Source of the DNA: a virus
Lineage: Duplodnaviria > Caudoviricetes
Strand: one strand, 5' to 3'
IMG/VR virus record: IMGVR_UViG_3300036760_000361
Coordinates: 1 to 56,147 of that record
Length of the DNA stretch: 56,147 bases
Below the pieces are notes generated by a model. That model searched no databases. It was not told the DNA's origin and worked only from the letters and a program-made list of their open reading frames with translations. The translations under genes and the position numbers were made by a program. This document shows positions 26,615 through 36,761 of the stretch, piece after piece. Position 1 is the stretch's first letter. The number at the start of each line of letters is the position of its first letter.

Positions 26615-27814
26615 TTATACACCTTCCCTACATGCCACACCAGTGGTGCTACTTGTAATATCAAAGACCCTGTATGCTTCATCACATATTATATACTGAG
26701 AATCTGAACTCGGATTGGTTGTCCATGTACCTGTAATGGTTATTTCTGTTGCGGTATTAGATGCTATCTTTCTAATTTGACCTATTCCAGTACCAAATGT
26801 AATTACTATAACCTTATTAGTCCATGCATTAGTACTCCAAGACTTATCAGTATCAGTCAGGGTACTATTTCCACCACTTTCGGCAGTACCAGTATCTTGT
26901 TTACCAACTGCAAAAGTATCTTCTGGATTATATGCACTATTATATGCAGTAAGCAAGTAAGAATCACAATATCCTATTAATCCATAATTACCTGAGTATG
27001 TTTGTTGATAAATCATAGGTTGAAGCATATCCATGTTACTTCTTACATCTGGTGTCTCGTATGATAAGGAAACTGGAGTTGTCCTTGCGCAAGACGCCGA
27101 ACTTACAGCAGCGGTTCCAACAGCTAACCACGCACATGTATTGTAAAACGCAGTAACATTACTAACACCAAAAGCTGAAGGACAAGAGCCTATAAGTGAA
27201 CCTACCCCATAATTTCTTGGTAAACTTGCTATTACCATATCTGTTGAATTTGTTATGGAAGATACTTGAACCTTATCTCTACCTTCTCCAGTTGCACCAA
27301 ATATTTGATAATAATTTCCAGCTACAAATCCAGAGGTACTTGTAACGTGTATGGTTACATTTGTACCCGAAGATGCTGCTTGAGTTAAGTCGCTTATTGG
27401 TGTATTCCAATATATGGTTGGAAGATGACCAAATAATGCCTTATAATAAGTAGAAGAAACTTTAGTACAGATATAAACTAAATTTTTATTACCATAAATC
27501 CATAAATAAAATCCACTTTCCGATGTAGTTACAGAGTAACCAGCCGAAAGAGCTGAAGCACAAGAACCAGTATGGGTTGTTGCGTTCCAGTATCCATACG
27601 AAATACAAGCAATAGTATTTGCTGTAGAATAATCTATTTTAATATACTCATAAATCCTATCTGAATTTTCACCATTGCTTTTCCATACCTGATAATTTGA
27701 ACCAGATTGGTCATCATGTAGAGTCCAACCCATTGCAGACATACGAGTCCATAGCTCCGTTAAGCCCGCTGCTCTATTGGCACAGGAAAGACTAACTGTA
27801 TAAGAATATGCCAT
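26615..27814 (-). CDS. Tail / receptor-binding-like protein
   Basis: Thr/Ser/Gly-rich beta protein; C-terminal DTGTA...TLTDTDKSW..NAW...GTG.GQIR.I.SNT domain. Confidence 0.65.
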   Translation of the reverse strand: MAYSYTVSLSCANRAAGLTELWTRMSAMGWTLHDDQSGSNYQVWKSNGENSDRIYEYIKIDYSTANTIACISYGYWNATTHTGSCASALSAGYSVTTSESGFYLWIYGNKNLVYICTKVSSTYYKALFGHLPTIYWNTPISDLTQAASSGTNVTIHVTSTSGFVAGNYYQIFGATGEGRDKVQVSSITNSTDMVIASLPRNYGVGSLIGSCPSAFGVSNVTAFYNTCAWLAVGTAAVSSASCARTTPVSLSYETPDVRSNMDMLQPMIYQQTYSGNYGLIGYCDSYLLTAYNSAYNPEDTFAVGKQDTGTAESGGNSTLTDTDKSWSTNAWTNKVIVITFGTGIGQIRKIASNTATEITITGTWTTNPSSDSQYIICDEAYRVFDITSSTTGVACREGV

Positions 27815-27816
27815 TA

Positions 27817-28026
27817 CTACCTCCTATCGTTAAAGATTACCATTGCTTTCTTAAAAATAAATCTACAAAATGCATTTTTAAAATTATAAAGTATGGTAGA
27901 ATTTTTAAAATTATATGCTATTGCTGGGTTTCTAAGGGAAAATATTGCTTTTATAAAACTGGTTAATATTTCCTTTATAGATGTTGAACCATAAGGTTCA
28001 CTTCCAAAACAATTACTACCATACAT
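27817..28026 (-). CDS. Small virion-associated protein
   Basis: MYG...FG..PYG N-terminus; packed in the operon. Confidence 0.55.
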   Translation of the reverse strand: MYGSNCFGSEPYGSTSIKEILTSFIKAIFSLRNPAIAYNFKNSTILYNFKNAFCRFIFKKAMVIFNDRR

Positions 28027-28040
28027 TTTCTTTTTCCTTT

Positions 28041-29144
28041 TTATCTAACCAATACTCGGTCAATTATCAAATCCATATAATCAACTGTTAATATTGATAT
28101 AGAGGTAACTCCATTATGCCAAGCAATAATACCATGCCCAGTATAACCTGTGGGTATATTTGTAGTAAGATAATCTGACCACAATAAGCTACTATCAGAA
28201 CACTTATATAAATAAAAATCTACCCTTGTAGCATTTGAATTAACAATTATCGTACAACGATAATATATATTTGTTGAAAGTGTATATGAGGTACTTGTAT
28301 TTGTATATGAACTATCAGCAATACATCTTCCCTCAAAGCTCGAACTTCCCGCATAAAAACAAATTATACCATTTTTTATGCTTCCATTGTCAGTTGTAAC
28401 ATCAAACCATCCCATTCTGGCATACGTATTAGTACTAAAGGTTGGGGCTTTAAATATAAAAGTTGTCTTCTCTGAACCATATATTTTTTGTGATGTAAAA
28501 TCAGTTGTAAAATAATAACCATCACCAGCGGTTGTTCCACTCTTTAAGGTTGCTATGCCAGGGTTGTTTTCCTCAGCATTCCCAGTCGAAACAGTACCTC
28601 CCCCCCTTGCACCACCTACCCATGGAGGATTAGCATTAGCATTTTTACTTAAAAAATCAGTCTGGTAAAAACATTTTTGAAACGATTGGTAAATATTAAG
28701 TTCATTTACATAACCATTGGAATTTATACCAGCATACCCACTTGCTTGGTCTTTTGCAGAAATAACCTCATGACCAGAATGTGGAGCGGATGCTGCTAAA
28801 TGACTATCAATTTGTGAATGAGTATTTGTTCCTTTGTTTGCAATATTTGTATGGTCTATTCTGGAATCAATAGTAACCCACGTGCCAGCCGTAGTCCACC
28901 CTACATAAACCTTATTTTCATCCAATACATAACATGCCATACCAACTTTTTTAACAGTAAATTCCCATGAGGTAGTGTAAGTAGCTATATCACCTTCATG
29001 CCCTGCCCAAGCACCTGTAGCCCCTATACCAACAATATACCTATCACCCTTGGTTGGATTGGCAGGAGGGGCAGTCAGGTCTTTGTCTAAGACGGATGAC
29101 TGCCACTCAAATTTACTTAATGTTGGAATTTTATATTCTGCCAT
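28041..29144 (-). CDS. Tail fibre-like protein with an N-terminal DUF2793-like domain
   Basis: TAPPANP.KGDRYIVG.GATGAWAGH. Confidence 0.75.
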   Translation of the reverse strand: MAEYKIPTLSKFEWQSSVLDKDLTAPPANPTKGDRYIVGIGATGAWAGHEGDIATYTTSWEFTVKKVGMACYVLDENKVYVGWTTAGTWVTIDSRIDHTNIANKGTNTHSQIDSHLAASAPHSGHEVISAKDQASGYAGINSNGYVNELNIYQSFQKCFYQTDFLSKNANANPPWVGGARGGGTVSTGNAEENNPGIATLKSGTTAGDGYYFTTDFTSQKIYGSEKTTFIFKAPTFSTNTYARMGWFDVTTDNGSIKNGIICFYAGSSSFEGRCIADSSYTNTSTSYTLSTNIYYRCTIIVNSNATRVDFYLYKCSDSSLLWSDYLTTNIPTGYTGHGIIAWHNGVTSISILTVDYMDLIIDRVLVR

Positions 29145-29154
29145 TTTTTACTTA

Positions 29155-29814
29155 TTATATTGTGGTTAATAAGCAACCCAAATCTGTATCATAAGAAAGT
29201 CTTCTACTGTAGGCTTCATCGTACTGTCCCTTTAGGGCTGTTGTTAGTGCCTCCTCAATTGCATCTAATGTAGTTTTGTTTGAGTGTGTATGTGTCTGGC
29301 TATATGCAGTATCATAATTAGACTTTAATGCTGTTGTAAATGCTTCTGTGATATTGTCTAATGTGGTCTTATTAGAATGAGTATGGTCATCTGTAACTGC
29401 CTGTTTTATCTGTTCTGCTGTTGCACTATTTCCAGCTCCATCATCAACAGATTCTGCTTTGTCTACTATACCATCATTATCGGTATCGTAAGTAGACTTA
29501 AGCATATCGCCACCAACTCCAGATAAGTCAATAAAGTTTACTAAATTACTCCATGCACTACCATTATAAGCAAAAAAGTAATTTGTATCAGCATCATAAA
29601 CTATCCAGCCTTCCGCTGGTGCATCAAAACTCCACGCACTACCAGTGTACCATGCTATTGACTTATCATGTCCTGACCAAGCACCAGTACCAGTGGGAGT
29701 AACAACATACCTATCCCCTTTTGCGGGAGATGCTGGTGGAGCAGACTGTTGCTTTATAACTGGTCTCTGAAAACTAAATTTTTCTTCAATCGGAATCCTA
29801 TACTGTGTTGACAT
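29155..29814 (-). CDS. Fibre-like protein with a DUF2793-like domain and HTHSNK repeats
   Basis: APPASP.KGDRYVV...TGAWSGH; GDMLKSTYDTD.DG.VD.A; HTHSNKTTLD twice. Confidence 0.75.
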   Translation of the reverse strand: MSTQYRIPIEEKFSFQRPVIKQQSAPPASPAKGDRYVVTPTGTGAWSGHDKSIAWYTGSAWSFDAPAEGWIVYDADTNYFFAYNGSAWSNLVNFIDLSGVGGDMLKSTYDTDNDGIVDKAESVDDGAGNSATAEQIKQAVTDDHTHSNKTTLDNITEAFTTALKSNYDTAYSQTHTHSNKTTLDAIEEALTTALKGQYDEAYSRRLSYDTDLGCLLTTI

Positions 29815-29815
29815 T

Positions 29816-30202
29816 TTATATTACCTCCATTAAATAGCATCCTAATATATTATCATATATAGGAATTGCTTTGTTAATATCATTAATTGTTTTAGCTGTC
29901 ATAGCTAAAATTATCCTATAAACCTTTCCATCTATATTGTGATTCACATCGTTAGTACCCTCCTGACCACGTATAATTGTAAGCACATCCCCTTCTCTGT
30001 TTATACATCTTACTATTTCTACATACGGGTCTAATGTTGGATTGGCATAATCCGATGAGTTCCACCAGACTAAATTATATTCACCCTCTGACGTTGGTGG
30101 AAACTTAGAGCCATTTCCTGCACTTAGGGTTATAGTTGTAACTCCAGCAGTATATCCAGTAGAAACTATTGCTATTGCAAAGTTGCGAACTGGGTCTAAC
30201 AT
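29816..30202 (-). CDS. Virion protein (fibre N-terminal-like domain)
   Basis: EIV.C..R.GD.LTI.RGQEGT motif. Confidence 0.7.
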   Translation of the reverse strand: MLDPVRNFAIAIVSTGYTAGVTTITLSAGNGSKFPPTSEGEYNLVWWNSSDYANPTLDPYVEIVRCINREGDVLTIIRGQEGTNDVNHNIDGKVYRIILAMTAKTINDINKAIPIYDNILGCYLMEVI

Positions 30203-30338
30203 TTATTTTACCCTTGGCAAACCCTTTTTCCCTGGTCTCCATCCGTGCTTATATGCCTGAGCCACCCTTTCAAAATTATTCCTTTTTGTTTCGGATGCAA
30301 AATGTCTTATCTCACCAGAACTCATCCTTAGTCCAGTT

Positions 30339-30563
30339 TTACCTATTTTCATTTTTATTTACCGTTCCTTTATTGTTTATTGTTACTTTATTATCTACCA
30401 TTCCCTTCCTAATTTTATATATATATTTATCAAGTAAATCAGCAGAAGGCAATCCTTTTCTTAGAATACCCATAAATGGAGATTTCTCGTCTTCTGGAGG
30501 TGGGGTATCGCCCCTTAGATTTGCTTCTTTTATTTTCTTTGCTATTTCATCTACATTAGGCAT
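30339..30563 (-). CDS. Hypothetical protein
   Basis: Coupled ORF. Confidence 0.55.
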   Translation of the reverse strand: MPNVDEIAKKIKEANLRGDTPPPEDEKSPFMGILRKGLPSADLLDKYIYKIRKGMVDNKVTINNKGTVNKNENR

Positions 30564-30960
30564 CTTCCTTTGCCCTCTTTTTATTATTTTTCTTTTCAGT
30601 ATATACTACCATTTCATTCCATAGGGTTTTAAAAAGATAATTGTGATAATATGCTAATGCTTCATTATCTTCTGGGGTAATTGGAATATCCCTATCGCTC
30701 AATATATCGAAAGCTAAATGTATACATTCATGTACCAGTATCGCTATATCTTCACAATGTCTAATCCACAAGAAATACATTAGACTCGAACCTTCTGTGT
30801 CTGGCTTCACCTTGCATTGTGCACCAGCATCTTCTGGTTCGCAATCCATAACAACATGGTATTTCTTTTTCATGTGATTATTTACCTGTTTACTGGTAGC
30901 ATCAGTATAAAAGACTATACTTGCAGAATAAGGCTCACAACGAAAATTGACATGCAACAT
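30556..30960 (-). CDS. Zincin-like (HExxH) protein
   Basis: LVHECIH...EALAY. Confidence 0.7.
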   Translation of the reverse strand: MLHVNFRCEPYSASIVFYTDATSKQVNNHMKKKYHVVMDCEPEDAGAQCKVKPDTEGSSLMYFLWIRHCEDIAILVHECIHLAFDILSDRDIPITPEDNEALAYYHNYLFKTLWNEMVVYTEKKNNKKRAKEDA

Positions 30961-30974
30961 ATCACACCTCTTTG

Positions 30975-31190
30975 TTATTTACCTTTTGCTTGTCTACGTT
31001 CCCTAAATTTAGCCAATACTGTGTTCCAATAAGCCGAACCTGCTACTTTCTTGGCTCTTTCTTCGCTAAGACCACCCTTTTCTGCCCCAGATTCTATTTT
31101 ATTGAATGTGTTTGTTTTCATAATAGACTGAGGTTTTTGTTTCTTTCTCCATGCCAATACATCCTTTGCTACTTTTAATCCCTTTGCCAT
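30975..31190 (-). CDS. Small basic protein
   Basis: Lys-rich ORF packed in the operon. Confidence 0.6.
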   Translation of the reverse strand: MAKGLKVAKDVLAWRKKQKPQSIMKTNTFNKIESGAEKGGLSEERAKKVAGSAYWNTVLAKFRERRQAKGK

Positions 31191-31191
31191 T

Positions 31192-31440
31192 TTATTTTAT
31201 CCATCCTTTCTTTTTAAAATCTTCTATTATTTTTTGTGAATCTGATAGTTCAGAAAACGTACCCTTACCCTTCTTTAATGCACTTGCTTGTTCTCCAGTT
31301 AGCAATCCAGTCCCAGGTTTTTTAGCTGGTGCTGTTGATGCTGGAGCTGGAGCGATTGGCTTCTTATATACATTGTCTGCATCTTGGGCTGCCTTAGCAA
31401 GTGCATCATTTTGTTTTTTAATAAAATCTAATATACCCAT
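31192..31440 (-). CDS. Hypothetical protein
   Basis: GGAGG RBS. Confidence 0.65.
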   Translation of the reverse strand: MGILDFIKKQNDALAKAAQDADNVYKKPIAPAPASTAPAKKPGTGLLTGEQASALKKGKGTFSELSDSQKIIEDFKKKGWIK

Positions 31441-31444
31441 TATT

Positions 31445-34400
31445 TTACCTCCCTTGATATTTTTTCATAAAGTCCTCATACTTCTTCCTTAATTCTGCCT
31501 GCCTTACTGGGGGTGCATGTTTTAATGCGTTCATGAATTTCTTCGGCATATATGGCAATAACATCTTTTGTTCTTCTGGAGTTCCGTCATCAAACATGTC
31601 AACAGCATCGTCAAATGGAATCTTAGAGAATCCAAGAATAGTAGGATTCTTTCTGGCATCCCTTAATATCTTAGCCTTATCCCATTGGGATATTTCTCCA
31701 GCAGCAATAGCATCTTCCAGCATTTGCATAGCTTCTGGTTTCTTTAATTCCAATGCTGTCTTTATATTTTTCTTGTTAGCAAGTCTTCCTAACTCAGTCA
31801 ATGTTCTTGCATCTTTGGGTGCATGTTCAGCAATAAATTTAGTAATATCCCTCTGAAGTTCAGTTTTATATTGATATGTAGTAAGACCCATTGAGGTAAA
31901 TGCTGAATCAAGTATATCCTTTTGAACATCTCCCTTTATAAACTGTAATGGAATTGGAATATGTGTTGTAAAGAAATCCTTAAATTGTTCATTAACATAT
32001 CTTTGCTGACCGAGTTCATTTCTTCCAGTTAGTGCTTCAATCATTGTTCTTGTAACTGTAGGGTTAAGCCTATGATATATAAAACTTCTTGGATTTTTAA
32101 CTAAATGAAATAAATCACCAGGGACAGACCTCAGCATATATTCTTTATCGCCCACAACAACAGATAATGGTCTTTCCCAATGAGGATTACTATCTTTATC
32201 TAAAATTGCAGTCATAATCTTAGCTATCAATATCATGCCCAAGGTTGCACGAAGTAAGGCTGCCCTTTGCTCATGACCGTATGGTGTGGCTGCCTGACCT
32301 ATGAATTTTGCTCTGGCTTCTAAAAAGTCAGGTGCTAATGCCATTAATCTCATAACATCCTGAAAGGTAGGGTTCCTACCTAACCATTTATAATTTATTT
32401 CACCAAATGCTGCTTGGGTTTGTTTTGCTGTAAACTCTGCTATTTGGTCTGGGGTATAATCTTTTTTATATCTTTCGAGATTTTCAGGGTATGCTCTTCT
32501 AAACATTGCTACTTTCATTTTTGGAATAAAATCACCAAATACATATTCATTATATTTACGCATATATTCACCAAGAATAGGAATCTTTGTTAAAACACCT
32601 GTGCTTACACAACCTTCTTCAAAGTATTCAAGATAATCACTTGCATTTGGATTAAGTCCATGTTCTATGCCCATTCTAACTATAGGGTCATTGGGGTCAA
32701 TTTCTGGAAGATTAAGTGGATTAACCTTATGGTATATTGCATGACTACCAGTATGAACCTGATGGAATGGTGATGCAGCTAAAAGTACACCCTTAAATTC
32801 CCTTACTGCTTTTAATGCTATCCTTCCAAATGGATTTTGTTTAATCTTAGAATATCCTGTCATATTTTTAAAATGCTTTGCTATGCTCTTATGAAGTAAT
32901 AAATCACCTTGCATAATCACTGGTCTGCCTTCTGGGTCAGATGTAAGCCAGAACCATTTTCTCATTGCTGGATGGTCATAACTTTCATATTCACCATAAT
33001 ATTCTTCTGGTAATGAATGGGGTTTAATTATAATAGCTTCTGGGTCTACCGAATCCCTTGGCACTAATTGACCTATTCCAGAAACAATAGCCAATGGCTT
33101 ACCATCTTCCGTTCTGGCTTCAATTAATTTTCTGAGTAACGTTCTGTTAGCTATGGTCTCAGCAAAAGACCTTTTATATTCTGTCATAGCCAAGATAGCA
33201 TCATCTTTATATCTTACCCCAGCCAATTCACCTTCCAATGTGGTATCAAACATTCTTCTTTTCAAGAAACCTGGATTGGTTCTGAATAATCCAGACCTCA
33301 ACATGGCATAAATCTTCTCAGCACCAGTATATCCTTTTTCTACCAATCTTCTTACGTAGTTTTCCTGCAAGGAATCTAACCAACCTAATTTCAATAAATA
33401 TTTCCCATCTTCTTCATAAGATTTTGCTAATGTTTCTTTTGCAAATTTAATAACATCAGCAGGTAATTTCTGAGCTAATTCATATTTCCATTTAACATCC
33501 TTCGGTGCAATTTTAGCAGCATCTCTAAGCAATGCCATATCACCATCAACTTCTATATATTTATTCATTGCTTCCCTGATTCTCTTGTCTGGTATTTTCC
33601 TTACAGCAGCCTCAGCAAATTTATTTACTTGGCTATCTGCTAAAAACTTTTCATAAGCGGTCTCACCAACTGCTTTTTTATATGAAGTCCACGGTTCTGG
33701 GTTCTTAATTCTATTAAGTAATGCAGAAAATGCTCCCTTAACACCAGCCACAGCTTGGCTTAACGCATCCTTTGACCTTTCTACTGTTTTAGCCATGTCA
33801 ATTCCTAAATCAACAAAATCCTTTGTTTTGATGTCTAATGTAGAAATACCTTCCAGTTTTTTAGTAAGGTCATCTATTTTTAAATCTCCAACTTTAGGCA
33901 TACTTAGAAACCCAGCCTCATTCCCTATGATTGGTATCTTACTATAAAATTCCTTTACCGCTTCAAAAACAGAAACCATGTGGTTTTTGATATTTTTATA
34001 AAAATCACCAAAGGCTTCTTTCATTCCTCTTACAAATTCAACAAACTTCTGTCCTACTTCATATATATCTTTTCCAAATTCTATTAATTTATTTTTTATC
34101 TCTGGTGTAACTTCTTTAACCTTATTATATGCTTCCTTAATGCCATCAACTGCCATCTCATACGAAGATTGCAATCCAAGAAAATCTACCACTACCTTCT
34201 TTGGCTTTTTTATGTGTCTTGTTAATACCTGTAATTCTTTTGCTCTATTTATTACTTCTTCATATCCCTCAAGACCCTTGTGTGCTTTAATTGAATTTCC
34301 ATATATAGTATATGCTTGTCCTTTGCTTATTATTCCATCTTTTACATTCTTATAGGTTTGATTTAATAATTGCAATGCATTAGAAACACCTTCTGGTGTT

Positions 34401-36754
34401 GGTGTCTTTGGGAAAATTCCACCTTCATAATCAGACAAGAACTTTCCTATATCTTTCATTACCATGTCTGAGTTTTTTATTGCATTAGGTTGTTCATCAA
34501 TTGGTATATTCAACTTAATCCAATCGGGTTGTCCAACATATATTTCCCTTATTAGTGTTCTAATTCCATCGGGACTACCACCAGCCATTAGGTCATCTTT
34601 TATTTTATTTACAAGGTTAGTATTTCCTTTTGTCAGTTCATTTCTAATATCTTCAGTTGTAAGATTTCCTATTTTTTCTGGAACCTTTGGTTTAGTTGAA
34701 GTTGCTGCTACTTCACCAAGAACATCCATATCTTGAAGATTTTGCTTGTCTATTTCATCTAATGCATAACGAACCAGTTTCTTCATAGCATCTGTATGCT
34801 CTGGGGTTCCAGGCTTAAATGTATTATTTATTCTTTCTGTTTCACTTTTAACCTTATCTCTTAATACAGCAGCCTCGTAATCTCTCCTTGTTTCTTCTGC
34901 CATATTTTCAGATGGAGCAACTGGAACACCAGCTTCAATTCTCTTAGCAGGTACTTCAGCTTCTTCTACGGTTGCGGGAGGTGGAGCTTTTTCATACCAT
35001 TTATTTCCAACATTTCTTTTAATACCAATTACCCTTGCTGCTGTGAGGTCTTCCCAATGCTGTGGTTGTTCTGGGATATTACTTGGAGCGTTTTCCTTGG
35101 GTGCATTTTCACCATACCATGCGCCACCTTCAGTCTCTGGTGGTGGAACATTCCCATACCACTCAGTCTTTGGTAAAACATATTCTGTGGGAGTAGCAGG
35201 AACTCCAGCTTCGGGTCTTACAGCAGGAACACCAGCCTTCCCTGTTACAGTAGGTGCTAAATCTTGCCATTCCCACGCTTTTCCAGGCTCTGGTGGGATA
35301 TTCTTTAAATATAAATCCTTATGCCATGTAGCACCCATTTCTTCGGCAGCTTGATTCCTCATAACCTCTGCATTATGCATAGCCTCAGATAATACGGTAT
35401 CAAACTCTTCCCAAGGAACAGGTTCTCCATTTTCAATAAAAGACCTTCCTACGTTATATACCAAATCTGCTATATATTTATTATCACCACCATAGGTTCT
35501 AATTTCATTTGTTACATTTAATAATTGTGCTAACCTTACTTCTTTTGCCACTGGACTTCCATCTGGAGTTGTTCCTTGTAGGGCTTCTATTGCTTTAGGA
35601 TTTTCTTTTATAGCATTGCGTAATGGAAATGGAAGTACGCCAGCCAATCCAAATGAAGCCATACCTATAATAGAGTTTTGTACCCTTTCTTGCCATGTAT
35701 TTGCTGGCTCTGTAGCACCAGCGCCACCACCCATAGCACTTAATTGTGCTATTTTAACAACCTTGGCAATAGTCTGTTCCTTTGGGGATAGTTCCTTACC
35801 ATCTTCAATCTTTTTAAAAATCTCACCAATAGGTCGTATCTTTGTGGCTAATCCTTCAAGCATACCTTCGGCAGTACCAAATACGCCAAATGCTGCTGCC
35901 ATCTTTCCTATATGCAACAATTTGCTTTGGTCTTCTGGTAGAAACGGTACACCTATACCACCATATAAACCACCAACTTCTGCTGCACCCAACCCCCTCG
36001 CAGCTATTGAGGCTATGGCTGGAGATAATCCAAATTTAGTGAACGTAGCAGGCGTAGCCATAAGTCCAACCTTGGTCAATCCCATTCCCAACGCCTTTCC
36101 TGTTAAACCTGCACCTAAAAGCCAAGCAATAGATGTTGATATACGTCTTATTGGAGTTGGTGCTGGAATTGCTTCACCTACAGGTGCAATGCCAGTAAGT
36201 GCATGTGTTAGTTCTGGAGATATTTCTATGATTAACTTAGAAACATCTGCTACTGGATTATAAATTTGCTGTGGTTCCGTTGCAGCCTTATTGACTGCAC
36301 CCAAGCCTTCTTGTTTTATTATAGCAGTACCTTGTTCTACATCTCTACCATATTGAGAAAGAGCATCGCTCCCAATATAATCCCCTATCCTTCTAAATGC
36401 ACTACCAGCCATATCTCCTATCTTGGTAACTAAGGATGGTGCTGGAACAATAGGTTCTTGCGGTACTGTAGTAGTTGGAGCCTTACCACTAAGCAATAAA
36501 TTTAATTCATCTGGGGTTGCTTTTCTCCAGTTAACTCCACCCTCTGGTAATGGTTGCTCTGTTGGCAATGTTGTTTGAGTAGCTTTTTGGGTATTAGGTA
36601 TACCCATAATACTATTTAGGTCTTCCTGTGTAGCCTTAACAAAAGTAGGAGCTTGTTCATTTTGTGTAGGATTTTGCTCCTGTGTCAATCCAGAAGTATC
36701 TTGTCCTTGTACCAATCCAGATAATTCGTCTTCTGTGGCTTTTCTATATTCCAT
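31445..36754 (-). CDS. Large internal virion (DNA ejection-like) protein
   Basis: 1769 aa; Gly/Ala hydrophobic region, Pro-rich linker, helical C-terminus; position typical of podovirus ejection proteins. Confidence 0.75.
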   Translation of the reverse strand: MEYRKATEDELSGLVQGQDTSGLTQEQNPTQNEQAPTFVKATQEDLNSIMGIPNTQKATQTTLPTEQPLPEGGVNWRKATPDELNLLLSGKAPTTTVPQEPIVPAPSLVTKIGDMAGSAFRRIGDYIGSDALSQYGRDVEQGTAIIKQEGLGAVNKAATEPQQIYNPVADVSKLIIEISPELTHALTGIAPVGEAIPAPTPIRRISTSIAWLLGAGLTGKALGMGLTKVGLMATPATFTKFGLSPAIASIAARGLGAAEVGGLYGGIGVPFLPEDQSKLLHIGKMAAAFGVFGTAEGMLEGLATKIRPIGEIFKKIEDGKELSPKEQTIAKVVKIAQLSAMGGGAGATEPANTWQERVQNSIIGMASFGLAGVLPFPLRNAIKENPKAIEALQGTTPDGSPVAKEVRLAQLLNVTNEIRTYGGDNKYIADLVYNVGRSFIENGEPVPWEEFDTVLSEAMHNAEVMRNQAAEEMGATWHKDLYLKNIPPEPGKAWEWQDLAPTVTGKAGVPAVRPEAGVPATPTEYVLPKTEWYGNVPPPETEGGAWYGENAPKENAPSNIPEQPQHWEDLTAARVIGIKRNVGNKWYEKAPPPATVEEAEVPAKRIEAGVPVAPSENMAEETRRDYEAAVLRDKVKSETERINNTFKPGTPEHTDAMKKLVRYALDEIDKQNLQDMDVLGEVAATSTKPKVPEKIGNLTTEDIRNELTKGNTNLVNKIKDDLMAGGSPDGIRTLIREIYVGQPDWIKLNIPIDEQPNAIKNSDMVMKDIGKFLSDYEGGIFPKTPTPEGVSNALQLLNQTYKNVKDGIISKGQAYTIYGNSIKAHKGLEGYEEVINRAKELQVLTRHIKKPKKVVVDFLGLQSSYEMAVDGIKEAYNKVKEVTPEIKNKLIEFGKDIYEVGQKFVEFVRGMKEAFGDFYKNIKNHMVSVFEAVKEFYSKIPIIGNEAGFLSMPKVGDLKIDDLTKKLEGISTLDIKTKDFVDLGIDMAKTVERSKDALSQAVAGVKGAFSALLNRIKNPEPWTSYKKAVGETAYEKFLADSQVNKFAEAAVRKIPDKRIREAMNKYIEVDGDMALLRDAAKIAPKDVKWKYELAQKLPADVIKFAKETLAKSYEEDGKYLLKLGWLDSLQENYVRRLVEKGYTGAEKIYAMLRSGLFRTNPGFLKRRMFDTTLEGELAGVRYKDDAILAMTEYKRSFAETIANRTLLRKLIEARTEDGKPLAIVSGIGQLVPRDSVDPEAIIIKPHSLPEEYYGEYESYDHPAMRKWFWLTSDPEGRPVIMQGDLLLHKSIAKHFKNMTGYSKIKQNPFGRIALKAVREFKGVLLAASPFHQVHTGSHAIYHKVNPLNLPEIDPNDPIVRMGIEHGLNPNASDYLEYFEEGCVSTGVLTKIPILGEYMRKYNEYVFGDFIPKMKVAMFRRAYPENLERYKKDYTPDQIAEFTAKQTQAAFGEINYKWLGRNPTFQDVMRLMALAPDFLEARAKFIGQAATPYGHEQRAALLRATLGMILIAKIMTAILDKDSNPHWERPLSVVVGDKEYMLRSVPGDLFHLVKNPRSFIYHRLNPTVTRTMIEALTGRNELGQQRYVNEQFKDFFTTHIPIPLQFIKGDVQKDILDSAFTSMGLTTYQYKTELQRDITKFIAEHAPKDARTLTELGRLANKKNIKTALELKKPEAMQMLEDAIAAGEISQWDKAKILRDARKNPTILGFSKIPFDDAVDMFDDGTPEEQKMLLPYMPKKFMNALKHAPPVRQAELRKKYEDFMKKYQGR

Positions 36755-36761
36755 ATCTTAC

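Noticed and set aside
25119-30202. Diversity-generating retroelement targeting the fibre genes
   Set aside because: No reverse transcriptase and no TR/VR pair differing at adenines was seen
35043-36263. + strand ORFs (also 53571..54329 and 48802..49248)
   Set aside because: Antisense shadows of well-supported - strand genes
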